A stretch of DNA of 43,640 nt from positions 1-43,640 of the forward strand of contig JAJRSQ010000237.1 of assembly GCA_024278725.1 (NCBI GenBank). Reading direction: 5' to 3'. A model generated the notes under the pieces. That model searched no databases and was not told the DNA's origin. It saw nothing but the letters and a program-made list of their open reading frames with translations. The position numbers were made by a program, and so were the translations under genes. This document shows, in pieces, positions 19,397 through 28,411 of the stretch; within the stretch, counting starts at the first letter, position 1, and each line of letters starts with the position of its first letter. The stretch is from Chloroflexota bacterium (GTDB lineage: Bacteria; Chloroflexota; Anaerolineae; 4572-78).

Positions 19397-20335
19397 ATGG
19401 TAAAATCAATTATGATGGAACCTTTAGATACCACGAAACTGAAAACGTTTGTCGTTATTGCGCACGAAGGGAATTTCACCCGGGCAGCGGCGCGGCTGAA
19501 TCTGACCCAACCCACAGTGAGCCAGCAACTCGCCACGCTGGAAAAATCGCTGGGCGTCACCCTGATTGAACGTCACCCGCGCCATCTGAAACTGACTGCC
19601 GCCGGGAAAACGCTGCTGGCATACGGCGAGCGCATTTTAACCATCTGCGCCGAAGCGAGACAGCGCACCCGCGAGGTCGCCGGCAAAGCGCGGCGCACGC
19701 TGGCGGTCGGGGTGGGGCACACGCTGGCGATTTATCTGCTGCCCGACATCCTGCACGAGTTGCACCGCATTCAGCCGGATATCGACATCCGCGTGCGGGC
19801 GGGCAACACCGCCGATTTGCTCGCCGCCACCGCCGAAGGGCAGGTGGAACTGGCGCTGGTGGGGTCGCCCGCACTGCACCCGAAGCTGGACATTTCCGCC
19901 TTTATGAACGACAAGCTGGTGGTCATCGTGTCCGTCAATGACCCGTGGGTGGGGCGGCAATCGGTGACGCTGGCGGATGTGCGCAAGCGCACCCTGCTCA
20001 CCCGCGAGCGGGGGTCGGCGTTGCACGCCTCGGTGGAATCACTGCTGGGCGAAAACCATCTCGCCGGTTCAAAAGTCATCATGCTGGGCGAAACCGAAGC
20101 CATCAAACGGAGCGTGGAAGCGGAATTGGGTATCGCGCTGATTCAGGGCATCGCCGTGCAGCGCGAATTGGCGCAAGGGTTTCTCAAAGCCGTGCCGCTG
20201 GTCGGGGCGGACATTCGCCGCACTTATAATATCGCCCGCCGAAAACGGCAACCGCTGTCCGCACCGTCAAAATTATTGGTTGAACTTTTGTTAAAATCTG
20301 TAAAATTGAAGTACAATGCTTTGGCTGAATCGTAA
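19397..20335 (+). CDS. LysR-family transcriptional regulator
   Basis: 312 aa. The N-terminal wHTH is LKTFVVIAHEGNFTRAAARLNLTQPTVSQQLATLEKSLGVTLIER, followed by a periplasmic-binding-protein-like effector domain. The real start may be ATG at 19412/19415 (MMEPLD). Confidence 0.9.
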   Translation: MVKSIMMEPLDTTKLKTFVVIAHEGNFTRAAARLNLTQPTVSQQLATLEKSLGVTLIERHPRHLKLTAAGKTLLAYGERILTICAEARQRTREVAGKARRTLAVGVGHTLAIYLLPDILHELHRIQPDIDIRVRAGNTADLLAATAEGQVELALVGSPALHPKLDISAFMNDKLVVIVSVNDPWVGRQSVTLADVRKRTLLTRERGSALHASVESLLGENHLAGSKVIMLGETEAIKRSVEAELGIALIQGIAVQRELAQGFLKAVPLVGADIRRTYNIARRKRQPLSAPSKLLVELLLKSVKLKYNALAES

Positions 20336-20348
20336 TCTGGCATTGGTT

Positions 20349-20372
20349 ACAGTTTTGCAACGATGAAACTGT
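20349..20372. promoter_or_regulatory. Dyad ACAGTTT-N10-AAACTGT (candidate LysR-type box upstream of the SDR gene)
   Basis: Perfect 7-bp arms at 20349-20355 and 20366-20372. The site is 14 nt after the LysR stop and 75 nt upstream of the SDR ATG. It is T/A-flanked in the manner of LTTR T-N11-A sites. It could alternatively be a weak terminator stem. Confidence 0.35.
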
Positions 20373-20446
20373 TCTCAAAATTTAAACCTATGCGCGGCGC
20401 GCACCGTCCGCCGCGATGCACGTCATAGAAGGGATTTATTTGACCT

Positions 20447-21241
20447 ATGTCCGCACTTGAAACACTCTTAAAAGACAAAGTTGCCATCATCACCGGCGCG
20501 GGGAAAGGCATTGGCAAAGCCACCGCGAAATTGTTCGCCCAAGCGGGCGCATCGGTGGTGCTCGCCAGCCGCACCGCCGCCGACATCAACGCCGTTGCCG
20601 CCGAAATCAAAGCAGCGGGCGGGCAGGCGCTCGCCATCCCCACCGATGTGACCAATCTCGCCAATATCGACCATCTGGTCATTTTGACTCTGCGCGCGTT
20701 CCGCCACATCGACATTCTGGTCAACAATGCCGCCGTCATCCAACCGATTGGCAAAGCGTGGGAAGTTGACCCCGTCGCATGGCAGCAGCTCATCCACACC
20801 AACCTCATCGGACCGTTTTTGTGCGCCCGCGCCGTACTGCCCCATATGCTTGACCGGGGAGATGGGCATATCATCAATGTGACCTCCGGCGCGGCATATA
20901 GCGATATTGTGGGCTGGAGCGCGTACTGCGCCAGCAAAGCCGCGCTCGACCGGTTCACCACCATTTTGGCGCAAGAAGTTTCCAACACCGAAATTGTGGT
21001 TTGCGGAATGAGTCCCGGCGCAACCGACACCCCGATGCAAGCCGAAATTCGCAACATCAGCAAAACCACTTTCCCGCTGGTGGATCATTTCCGCCAGCGA
21101 TTCGAGGCGGGCACGCTGACCACGCCGGAAGACGCGGCGCGGCTCAACCTGTGGCTCGCCACCCGCACCGACCAAAACGGGGTCATCGCCCCCATCACCG
21201 ACAAATCCATTCGGGAGCATCTGGCAAACCTGCCACGTTAA
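20447..21241 (+). CDS. SDR-family oxidoreductase (short-chain dehydrogenase/reductase)
   Basis: 264 aa. Cofactor motif [15 protein letters not shown], and catalytic YCASKAAL. Confidence 0.9.
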   Translation: MSALETLLKDKVAIITGAGKGIGKATAKLFAQAGASVVLASRTAADINAVAAEIKAAGGQALAIPTDVTNLANIDHLVILTLRAFRHIDILVNNAAVIQPIGKAWEVDPVAWQQLIHTNLIGPFLCARAVLPHMLDRGDGHIINVTSGAAYSDIVGWSAYCASKAALDRFTTILAQEVSNTEIVVCGMSPGATDTPMQAEIRNISKTTFPLVDHFRQRFEAGTLTTPEDAARLNLWLATRTDQNGVIAPITDKSIREHLANLPR

Positions 21242-21297
21242 TCTTGCCAACAAAGTACAGCCAAACAATTCTAAAAAATTCAGGAGGACACAAATTC

Positions 21298-22542
21298 ATG
21301 GCTTACGACAAAATCGTTGTTCCGCAAAACGGAACCAAAATCACCGTTCAGGACGGCAAACTCGTCATCCCCAACGACCCCATCATCCCTTTCATTGAAG
21401 GGGATGGCATCGGTCCGGACATCACCGCCGCCGCACAACGCGTGCTGAATGCCGCCATCGAAAAGGCATACAATGGCGAAAAGAAAATCGTCTGGATGGA
21501 AATTTTCGCGGGCGAAAAAGCCGCCAGCGTGTACGACGGGAATTATATGCCCGAAGAAACTTTCGATGCCATCCGAGACTTCATCGTTGCCATTAAAGGA
21601 CCGTTGACCACCCCGGTGGGCGGCGGCTTCCGCAGTTTGAACGTCACCCTGCGCCAAGTCCTCGATTTGTACGCCTGCGTGCGCCCCGTGCGCTGGTACA
21701 AAGGCGTCCCCAGCCCGGTGAAACATCCGGAAGACGTGAATATGGTCATCTTCCGCGAAAATACGGAAGATGTGTACGCGGGCATCGAATATGAAAGCGG
21801 CACGCCGGAAAATGAACGGCTGGCGCAAGTATTGCGGGAGGAATTCGGCGCGAAATTTTTCGAGGGCGCGGGTATCGGCATCAAACCGGTCAGCGAATTT
21901 GCCACCAAACGGCTGGTGCGTAAAGCCATCCAATACGCCATTGAATACGATTTGCCCAACGTGACGCTGGTTCACAAAGGCAATATCCAGAAATTCACCG
22001 AAGGCGCGTTCCGCAAATGGGGCTATGAAGTTGCCGCCGAAGAATTCGGCGATGTTACCATCACCGAAGATGAATTGTGGAGCAAATACGATGGCAAACA
22101 ACCGGCGGGCAAAATTGTCATCAAAGACCGCATCGCCGACATCATCTTCCAGCACGCACTGTTGCGCCCCAGAGAATTCAGCGTGCTGGCAACCACCAAC
22201 CTCAACGGCGATTACCTCAGCGACGCGCTGGCGGCGCAAGTGGGCGGTATGGGCGTCGCACCCGGCGCAAACATCGCCGATTTTGTGGCGCTGTTTGAAG
22301 CTACCCACGGCACCGCGCCGAAATACACGAATTTGGACAAAGTCAATCCCAGCAGTTTGCTCTTCTCCGGCGTGATGATGCTGCAATACCTCGGCTGGCA
22401 TGAAGCCGCCGCACTCATCAACGATGCCTTTGAAAAAACCGTGGCGCAAAAAACCGTCACCTACGATTTTGCCCGTCAAATGGACGGCGCAACCACCGTC
22501 AAAACTTCGGAATTTGCGACCGCACTGATTAATAATCTGTAA
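21298..22542 (+). CDS. icd: NADP-dependent isocitrate dehydrogenase (homodimeric, Icd type)
   Basis: 414 aa starting at the ATG at 21298, with CAGGAGGA 9 nt upstream. It reads [43 protein letters not shown]...[20 protein letters not shown]...[26 protein letters not shown]. The track ORF start at 21001 is an in-frame read-through artefact overlapping the SDR gene. Confidence 0.95.
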   Translation: MAYDKIVVPQNGTKITVQDGKLVIPNDPIIPFIEGDGIGPDITAAAQRVLNAAIEKAYNGEKKIVWMEIFAGEKAASVYDGNYMPEETFDAIRDFIVAIKGPLTTPVGGGFRSLNVTLRQVLDLYACVRPVRWYKGVPSPVKHPEDVNMVIFRENTEDVYAGIEYESGTPENERLAQVLREEFGAKFFEGAGIGIKPVSEFATKRLVRKAIQYAIEYDLPNVTLVHKGNIQKFTEGAFRKWGYEVAAEEFGDVTITEDELWSKYDGKQPAGKIVIKDRIADIIFQHALLRPREFSVLATTNLNGDYLSDALAAQVGGMGVAPGANIADFVALFEATHGTAPKYTNLDKVNPSSLLFSGVMMLQYLGWHEAAALINDAFEKTVAQKTVTYDFARQMDGATTVKTSEFATALINNL

Positions 22543-22558
22543 CCCGTGAATACTGATG

Positions 22559-22595
22559 CGTGAAACGTGAGTCAGACTATCGCTCACGTTTCACG
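22559..22595 (+). terminator. Perfect 13-bp stem hairpin downstream of icd (no U-tract)
   Basis: CGTGAAACGTGAG (22559-22571), an 11-nt loop, CTCACGTTTCACG (22583-22595). It starts 17 nt after the icd stop. It is not followed by a T-run, so its function (terminator, stabiliser or operator) is uncertain. Confidence 0.4.
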
Positions 22596-22641
22596 TGTCA
22601 TTCACACATCTGACGGGTGCCAATCCGAATGGAGGTCGTCA

Positions 22642-22857
22642 ATGCAATTGACACAATCCGAAAAAATAAAACTGGTCATCGGCGCGATAATTGGCGCGGT
22701 TCTCGGCGCGGGCACGGTGTGGACGCTGATGCAATCCCCCACCGAAACCGACGCGGACGGCGAAATTGAGCCGATTTCCGCCAAAGAAATTCTGACGCTC
22801 ACCGGCACTGCCGCCGCGCTCATTCGCGGGCTGGCAGATTTTCGGCGCAAATTATAG
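22642..22857 (+). CDS. Small membrane protein (hypothetical, 71 aa)
   Basis: ATG at 22642 with GGAGG 7 nt upstream. There is one TM segment (KLVIGAIIGAVLGAGTVWTLM) and an amphipathic C-terminus. The track ORF start at 22567 runs through the icd hairpin and is unlikely. Confidence 0.45.
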   Translation: MQLTQSEKIKLVIGAIIGAVLGAGTVWTLMQSPTETDADGEIEPISAKEILTLTGTAAALIRGLADFRRKL

Positions 22858-22880
22858 CTTTATCGAAAAGGGAAATTCGC

Positions 22881-23096
22881 ATGAAAATGAAGAACAACAC
22901 CTACAAAAAAATCGAAATCGTCGGCACGTCAACCACCAGCATTGAAGAAGCCGTGCAAAACGCCGTCACCAAAGCGGGCGAGTCGGTGCGCAATATGCGC
23001 TGGTTCGAGGTGGTGGAAACGCGCGGTGCCATTCACGAAAATGCCGTGACGCAATGGCAGGTCACGCTGAAAATCGGTTTCACGCTGGAAGACTAA
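22881..23096 (+). CDS. Dodecin-family flavin-binding protein
   Basis: 71 aa. YKKIEIVGTSTTSIEEAVQNAVTKAGESVRNMRWFEVVETRGAI...WQVTLKIGF is the typical dodecin beta-alpha-beta-beta sequence. Confidence 0.85.
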   Translation: MKMKNNTYKKIEIVGTSTTSIEEAVQNAVTKAGESVRNMRWFEVVETRGAIHENAVTQWQVTLKIGFTLED

Positions 23097-24188
23097 TTAC
23101 CACTTCATCGGGCGCTCAAACAGCTCTTTGATGCGCTCCACCACCGTTACCGGACGCAGAATCAACGCCAAACGCGGGTCAATCGGCGCTTTATAATTTT
23201 CCAGAAATGCCCGCGCCGCATGCTGCCCTGCCTGCACCAGTTTGGTGTATCGCTCGTCCGTCGCTTCCATTTTGATGTCGAATTCAGTGGCGCGGACGCA
23301 GCAATTGCTCACGTTGATGGTGCGTTGCCGGTCGGCTTGACCGGTTTGGAAGGGCACCAACTGCGATTCCGCCATCGCGTCGAACACCGTTTCAATATAG
23401 TTCAACACGTTATTAATGGAACGACGCGCCTTCGGGCAATTGTCAGGGGTGTACAACTGACAGCCCAGCGTTTCCCAGTTTATCCCCGTGAAAAAGAGGC
23501 GGCTATTCTCTTTGAAGGGCGGAGTGTCGAACAGATGCAGCGGATAATTCGCCATCACCCCCCCATCGGCATAATAATCGCCCGCCCCGAATGATTTTCC
23601 ATCGAATTGCAATCCCTCAAAAAACAACGGTATTGTGCCGGAAATCCGCACCGCATCCGCCACGGCGACATCGGGGGTGGTGTCCGCCGACATCGTTTCC
23701 ACCCGCCGGGTGGAGAGGTTGGTGACCACCACATACACGTCGCGGAAGCCCAACGCGCGGAAATCGGCGAAGGTGGCGCGTCCGTTGCCGTGACACCGGT
23801 CGGCAATCACCTCCATCAGCCATTGATACAAATAATCGCTGGCATACCAGCCGAATCTTTTGATGAGCCGGTTCACCGAATCCACCCGCGCCCGCACCCG
23901 CTCCACGCTGTGTTCCACCAGCCGGGGCGTCCATTCCGGGTTCGAGGATATTTTCGTTTCCGGCAATTTTGAAAAGTCACAGGTTTTGAAAATGCCATAG
24001 GTTTCCGCCCAGCTCAATCGGAAACTGAGCAGTGTGGACAGCAACGCTCCGGCGGATGCCCCGCCCACCCGTTCAATATCGGGCAAAATCCCCGCCGACT
24101 CCAAAACATCAACTACGCCGTGATAGGCAAATGTTTTCACGCCGCCGCCCTGAAAAACCAGATTTTTGAATGGGTAATGTGATGCCAT
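23097..24188 (-). CDS. Patatin-like phospholipase family protein
   Basis: Oxyanion motif FQGGGVK, nucleophile elbow GGASAG, and a catalytic Asp in the YYADGGV (DGG) motif. I prefer the start MASHYPF (24188). The track GTG start at 24239 lies inside an upstream hairpin. The stop abuts the dodecin stop (convergent genes). Confidence 0.85.
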   Translation of the reverse strand: MASHYPFKNLVFQGGGVKTFAYHGVVDVLESAGILPDIERVGGASAGALLSTLLSFRLSWAETYGIFKTCDFSKLPETKISSNPEWTPRLVEHSVERVRARVDSVNRLIKRFGWYASDYLYQWLMEVIADRCHGNGRATFADFRALGFRDVYVVVTNLSTRRVETMSADTTPDVAVADAVRISGTIPLFFEGLQFDGKSFGAGDYYADGGVMANYPLHLFDTPPFKENSRLFFTGINWETLGCQLYTPDNCPKARRSINNVLNYIETVFDAMAESQLVPFQTGQADRQRTINVSNCCVRATEFDIKMEATDERYTKLVQAGQHAARAFLENYKAPIDPRLALILRPVTVVERIKELFERPMKW

Positions 24189-24230
24189 TAGCTCACCGTT
24201 TTTATCCTCATAATTTGCACGGTTAAAGCG

Positions 24231-24283
24231 AAAAATCACGAATAAAAAATTGGTGAAATTCGTTTATCTGTGTCATTCGTGAT
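24231..24283 (-). terminator. Candidate terminator of the polyprenyl synthase gene
   Basis: ATCACGAAT (24235-24243) pairs with ATTCGTGAT (24275-24283). On the minus strand the stem is followed by TTTT (rc of 24231-24234). The loop is large at 31 nt, so confidence is modest. Confidence 0.35.
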
Positions 24284-24326
24284 AAAAATCATCCGTTTCC
24301 ATGCTTCAAGCAAGTGAGTTCCAATC

Positions 24327-25364
24327 TTATTTCGCCCGTTGAATCATCAAATCAGAAAATTCTTGCAGGGTGCGTTTCGCTTCCCGCGGCATATCAATCA
24401 TCGCCAGTGCGGCGGCGGCATTTTCCAGCCACAATTCCGCGCGCAGCGCCGTATATTCCCGCGCGCCGAGCGATTCCAAAATGCCCATCGCCTCCGCAAT
24501 GTCGGCTTCGGTGGTATCGGAGATGGGTTGAGCATAGATGTCGCGGAAGCGGGTCACGTCCGCGGAGGGGTCGCAATTCAGCGCGAAAATCACGGGGAGC
24601 GTCTTTTTTCGCCGCCGCAAATCATCGCCGGAAGGTTTGCCGACCACCCCGGCGTCCCCCCAAATGCCCAGTAGATCATCCTGCATTTGGAAGGCGATAC
24701 CCATTGTATGCCCGAAGTCCCAATAACGCCGGGCGGTTGTGGGGTTTTCTGTGGCAACCAACGCCCCGAAATACCCCGCGCACGCCAGCAGCGCGGCGGT
24801 TTTCCCGGCAACCATTTCCAGATACGCCTTCAGCGAAACGTCCAGCGTTTCTTCAAATTTCATATCCAAATATTGACCACGACACAGCGCCAGCATTGTT
24901 TCGTCGTATTTTTCGGTCGCGTTCAATATTGTTTCGGGGGAAACGTTGTGACGGCGCAGTTGCAACAGCGCGCCGCGCGCCAGGGTGAACATTGCATCGC
25001 CGGCGTTGATGGCTTGGGGCATGCCCCACAACCGCCAGACGGTTTTTCGTCCGCGCCGGGTATTGCTGCCGTCCTGGATGTCATCGTGAATCAGGGTGAA
25101 GTTGTGGGTCAATTCGATGGCGGCGGCGGCGGGGAGCGCGCGGGTGGGGTCGCCCCCGGCGGCATAGCACGTCAGCAGGGTGAAGAGCGGGCGCAACTGC
25201 TTCCCCGCTGAAGCGTCCGCCGGACGGAATGTTTCGTCGAGCCAGCCCAAATGGTAGTGCATCATTCCCCAAAAGGGGTCGCCGGCGGCGTCGCCCGCCA
25301 TAATGCGTTTTATTTCTGCATTGATTTGAGGAAGGTATTCAGCAGCCGCTTGTTGGAAGTTCAT
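24327..25364 (-). CDS. Polyprenyl diphosphate synthase (GGPP/FPP synthase family)
   Basis: 345 aa. The first Asp-rich motif is LIHDDIQD and the second is FQMQDDLLGIWGD. Confidence 0.9.
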   Translation of the reverse strand: MNFQQAAAEYLPQINAEIKRIMAGDAAGDPFWGMMHYHLGWLDETFRPADASAGKQLRPLFTLLTCYAAGGDPTRALPAAAAIELTHNFTLIHDDIQDGSNTRRGRKTVWRLWGMPQAINAGDAMFTLARGALLQLRRHNVSPETILNATEKYDETMLALCRGQYLDMKFEETLDVSLKAYLEMVAGKTAALLACAGYFGALVATENPTTARRYWDFGHTMGIAFQMQDDLLGIWGDAGVVGKPSGDDLRRRKKTLPVIFALNCDPSADVTRFRDIYAQPISDTTEADIAEAMGILESLGAREYTALRAELWLENAAAALAMIDMPREAKRTLQEFSDLMIQRAK

Positions 25365-25433
25365 AACGCATCCTTAAAATGAAGTTTGTGTGAAGCATTA
25401 TAGCCGGAGAATATCAGCGGGCAATTTCAGACA

Positions 25434-25462
25434 TAAAAAAACTGCGAGACCGGCTCGCAGTT
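25434..25462 (-). terminator. Rho-independent terminator of the HMA-like gene
   Basis: On the minus strand, AACTGCGAG / CTCGCAGTT (25440-25448 / 25454-25462) is followed by a T-run (rc of AAAAAA 25434-25439). Confidence 0.7.
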
Positions 25463-25482
25463 TGTGCGGGTGGCAACGGATA

Positions 25483-25710
25483 TCACAAAAGCAGGGCGGC
25501 ATCAATGTTTTTCAATGAACACCCAACTTTTGCCATTTCCTGCGCCAGGGTTTGAAACCCCACCTGATTTTCGTCGAAGACGATATACAATTCCTGAGTT
25601 TCCAACGTGATTTCAAATTTTTTCACGCCGGACAAATCGCGCAGCACGTGGTCTAATTCATCGGCAACTTTTTTGTTTAGCGATGGCACGCGCAAGGCTT
25701 TAAATTCCAT
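25483..25710 (-). CDS. Small HMA (heavy-metal-associated)-fold-like protein lacking the CxxC motif
   Basis: 75 aa from the ATG at 25710, with AGGAG 11 nt upstream. MEFKALRVPSLNKKVADELDHVLRDLSGVKKFEITLETQELYIVFDENQVGFQTLAQEMAKVGCSL follows the beta-alpha-beta-beta-alpha-beta spacing of HMA domains. SLNKKV occupies the place of GMTCxxC. The longer track ORF (to 25827) is unlikely. Confidence 0.45.
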   Translation of the reverse strand: MEFKALRVPSLNKKVADELDHVLRDLSGVKKFEITLETQELYIVFDENQVGFQTLAQEMAKVGCSLKNIDAALLL

Positions 25711-25930
25711 GGTTGATGATGCTCCTGAAGCAAGAGCCATAAGCGACCCCAAAAGTAACGCTGTTTCGTCACTGCTCAACCGCCGATGGTGTTTTATTTT
25801 GCGGTACATCCAACAACACAATAGCACATGAGTAGTAACTGTTCATTTATAATAAACGGGAACTCTGAAAGTTTGTAGTGACAAATGTCATAGAATGTGT
25901 AGACAATCTTCCCCATTTTGCGCTCGGCAT

Positions 25931-25957
25931 AAAAAAAATCGCCGCTGGCGGCGATTT
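25931..25957 (-). terminator. Rho-independent terminator of the LuxR-type response regulator gene
   Basis: On the minus strand, AAATCGCCGCCAGCGGCGATTT is followed by TTTTTTTT (rc of 25931-25938). Confidence 0.8.
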
Positions 25958-25978
25958 AACGGGAAAAAACATAAATGC

Positions 25979-26626
25979 TTATTTGGATGCCAAAAATGAA
26001 TCGAGATTGTGCCGCACCGCGTACGCGGTTGCTTCGGAACGGTTGGAAAGTTGTAGCTTGCTGAAGATACTGCTGACATAATTTCGCACCGTTCCTTCCC
26101 CCAAATGGAGGGTGTGGGCGATTTCTTTGTTCGTTTTGCCCTGCGCAATCAGCGCCAGCACCCGCAATTCCCGGTCGGTCAAATCGGTGAAGGCTTCCGA
26201 GCGGTTGGTTTCCCGCAAACGGGCAAAAACCTGCCCCGTGACGCTGGGGTCGAGCATTGAATCGCCGCGCAAAACGGTTTCGATGGCGCGCACCAAATCA
26301 TCGTTGCCCACCTGTTTCAGCACGTAGCCCGCCGCCCCCGCCGAGATGGCGTTGAACAACAGTTCATCCTCCGCGAATGAAGTCAGCACAATCACTTTGG
26401 TGTGCGGATGCTGTTTGACAATTTCGCGGCAGGCATCAATACCTGAACCATCACCCAAACGGATGTCCAGCACAACAATATCGGGGTTGTGCGCGGCAGC
26501 CTGCGCGATGGCATCCACCACCGTTCCCGCTTCTGCCACAATTTCCCAGTCTTCATGGCGCGCCAAAAGGCTTTTTAACCCAAAACGCACAACTTCATGG
26601 TCGTCCACAACCATTATCCGAACCAC
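25979..26626 (-). CDS. NarL/FixJ (LuxR)-family response regulator
   Basis: The receiver is RIMVVDDHEVVRFGL...DIVVLDIRLGDGSG...VIVLTSF...GYVLK. The LuxR HTH is LTDRELRVLALIAQGKTNKEIAHTLHLGEGTVRNYVSSIFSKL. I place the start at GTG 26626, with GGGAGG 6 nt upstream. The track ORF's 34 extra codons (to 26728) look spurious. Confidence 0.9.
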   Translation of the reverse strand: MVRIMVVDDHEVVRFGLKSLLARHEDWEIVAEAGTVVDAIAQAAAHNPDIVVLDIRLGDGSGIDACREIVKQHPHTKVIVLTSFAEDELLFNAISAGAAGYVLKQVGNDDLVRAIETVLRGDSMLDPSVTGQVFARLRETNRSEAFTDLTDRELRVLALIAQGKTNKEIAHTLHLGEGTVRNYVSSIFSKLQLSNRSEATAYAVRHNLDSFLASK

Positions 26627-26785
26627 ACCACACCTCCCGATGTTTTGTCTGCGAAAATCGCCCTTAAAGCACGAATGATTATTCGATTGTACAATGTGTT
26701 GGAATGAAGGGCAAAATTTTGTTGGCATTTCCGATTTTTTTTAAATTATGCTACACTACCCTGCGGTGTTTGTGAAGGAAATGTT

Positions 26786-28411
26786 ATGGGTGAACATACG
26801 AAGCAAAAAATCTTGAAGCAGCTCTCGAAGTTGCGCCCCACCGTGGGTGCGCCCACCGATTTACACCGCGCGGAACGCAGTCAGGTCATCGAAGCGTTGC
26901 TGGTGAGCGAAACTCGGCTGGCGGATGTGCTGAATATGGCGCACGAAGCCATCATTTCCATTGATGCCGAGCAGCGCATCATTCTGTTCAACAAAGGGGC
27001 AGAAACCATCTTCGGGTATAATGCGGATGAAATTCTGGGGCAGCCGTTGGATGTGCTGTTACCCGAAGATTCCGCCCACACCCACCGGCAATATCTGGTT
27101 GAGTTTGCCGCAGCGCCGGAGATGTCCCGGCTGATGAGCGAGCGTCGCCCCATCCACGGGCGGCGCAAAGACGGCAGTATCTTCCCCGCAGAAGCATCCA
27201 TTTCAAAGCTGGATAATCCACGCATCTTCACCGTGGTGCTGCGCGATGTCACCAATCGCTACCGCGCCCAACAGGAACGGGAATACCTCATCCAACAGTT
27301 GCGCGCACTGGATGACGCCACCCGCGCCATCACCGCACAGTTGTCGCTGGAGCAGGTTTTGCAGACCATCGCCAATACGGCGCAATCGCTGATGAACGTC
27401 CACATTGCGGCGCTCGGTGTGCATGATGAAGACGAATATTTCTCGCAGTTCATCACTGCCGGCACAACGCCGAAAGTCGCGGAAGCCTTTGAAGCATCCG
27501 CGTACGGGCGAAAATTGATGGGACGCCTGTTTTACAAAGGCGAGCCTGTGATGCTGAACCGGATTTCCACGCCCACCGGCGAGACGGGTTTGCCCGCCGA
27601 TTTTCCTCCCATCCGCAATTTGCTCGGCGTGCCGATTGCCGCCAAAGGGCAATTAATTGGGGCGCTGTATCTGGCAAATAGAAAGTACGGCGAGGCGTTC
27701 ACCGATACCGACCAGCTTATTTTGCAGCGGTTGGCGGTTCACGCCGCCATTGCCATTGAGAACGCGCGGGCATATGAGCAAACGCAGCGGTTAGCCGTTT
27801 TGGAAGAGCGGGAACGGTTCGCGCGGGATTTACACGACGGCATCATTCAATCCATTTATGCCGTCGGATTGATGCTTGACCAGGTGAAGGCGGATATCCC
27901 CGCCGAATTCGACGCCGCACAAAAGCAAATCGCGCTGACGCTGGATAATCTGGCGCGCGTGATTCAGGATATCCGCAACTATATTTTCGACCTTCGCCCG
28001 CAAGCCATCAAAGATAACGGGCTGAAAAATCGCCTCGACGGGTTGATTCGGGAGGTGTGCGCCAATGCGAACATCCCCATTCACGCTGAGATTCCCACCG
28101 ACATCGGGGAGCATCTGAGTGACGAACAAGCCAATCACCTGTTCCACATTTGTCATGAGGCGCTGGCAAACGCGGTACGGCACGCGGAGCCTTCACACAT
28201 CACCATTTCATTGCAACGCAAAGAAGGCGTTGTGACATTGAACGTCGCGGACGATGGCATCGGATTTGTGATGCCCTCAAAAGTCAAGCCCGGACATCGC
28301 GGGCTGGCGAATATGCGTTCGCGGGCGTTCCAATGCGGTGCGCGCATGGAAATCCAAAGCATCCCCAACAAAGGTACCAACGTCACAGTTCAACTCAAGG
28401 AGAGACCATGA
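26786..28411 (+). CDS. PAS-GAF sensor histidine kinase (HisKA_3 / NarX-LiaS class)
   Basis: 541 aa and apparently cytoplasmic (no TM seen). The PAS domain reads AIISIDAEQRIILFNKGAETIFGY...GRRKDGSIFPAE. The GAF domain reads SLEQVLQTIANTAQSLMNVHIAALGV...LGVPIAAKGQLIGALYLANR. HisKA_3 H-box ERERFARDLHDGIIQSIY. The HATPase region reads HICHEALANAVRHA...VADDGIGF...GLANMRSRA. It is divergent from its LuxR-type response regulator. Confidence 0.9.
   Translation: MGEHTKQKILKQLSKLRPTVGAPTDLHRAERSQVIEALLVSETRLADVLNMAHEAIISIDAEQRIILFNKGAETIFGYNADEILGQPLDVLLPEDSAHTHRQYLVEFAAAPEMSRLMSERRPIHGRRKDGSIFPAEASISKLDNPRIFTVVLRDVTNRYRAQQEREYLIQQLRALDDATRAITAQLSLEQVLQTIANTAQSLMNVHIAALGVHDEDEYFSQFITAGTTPKVAEAFEASAYGRKLMGRLFYKGEPVMLNRISTPTGETGLPADFPPIRNLLGVPIAAKGQLIGALYLANRKYGEAFTDTDQLILQRLAVHAAIAIENARAYEQTQRLAVLEERERFARDLHDGIIQSIYAVGLMLDQVKADIPAEFDAAQKQIALTLDNLARVIQDIRNYIFDLRPQAIKDNGLKNRLDGLIREVCANANIPIHAEIPTDIGEHLSDEQANHLFHICHEALANAVRHAEPSHITISLQRKEGVVTLNVADDGIGFVMPSKVKPGHRGLANMRSRAFQCGARMEIQSIPNKGTNVTVQLKERP

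Noticed and set aside
21001-21297. 99-codon N-terminal extension of the icd ORF
   Set aside because: It overlaps the 3' end of the SDR gene in another frame and is R/H/P-rich. A strong SD and the canonical Icd N-terminus (MAYDKIVVP) begin at 21298.
21280-22587. 435-aa minus-strand ORF
   Set aside because: It is antisense to icd, whose identity is certain. There are no motifs, so it is a shadow ORF.
22881-24239. Patatin lipase as a CBASS-type or other defence effector
   Set aside because: No cyclase/CD-NTase, SMODS, sensor, immunity or other defence-associated gene is adjacent. The neighbours are dodecin, a small membrane protein and a polyprenyl synthase.
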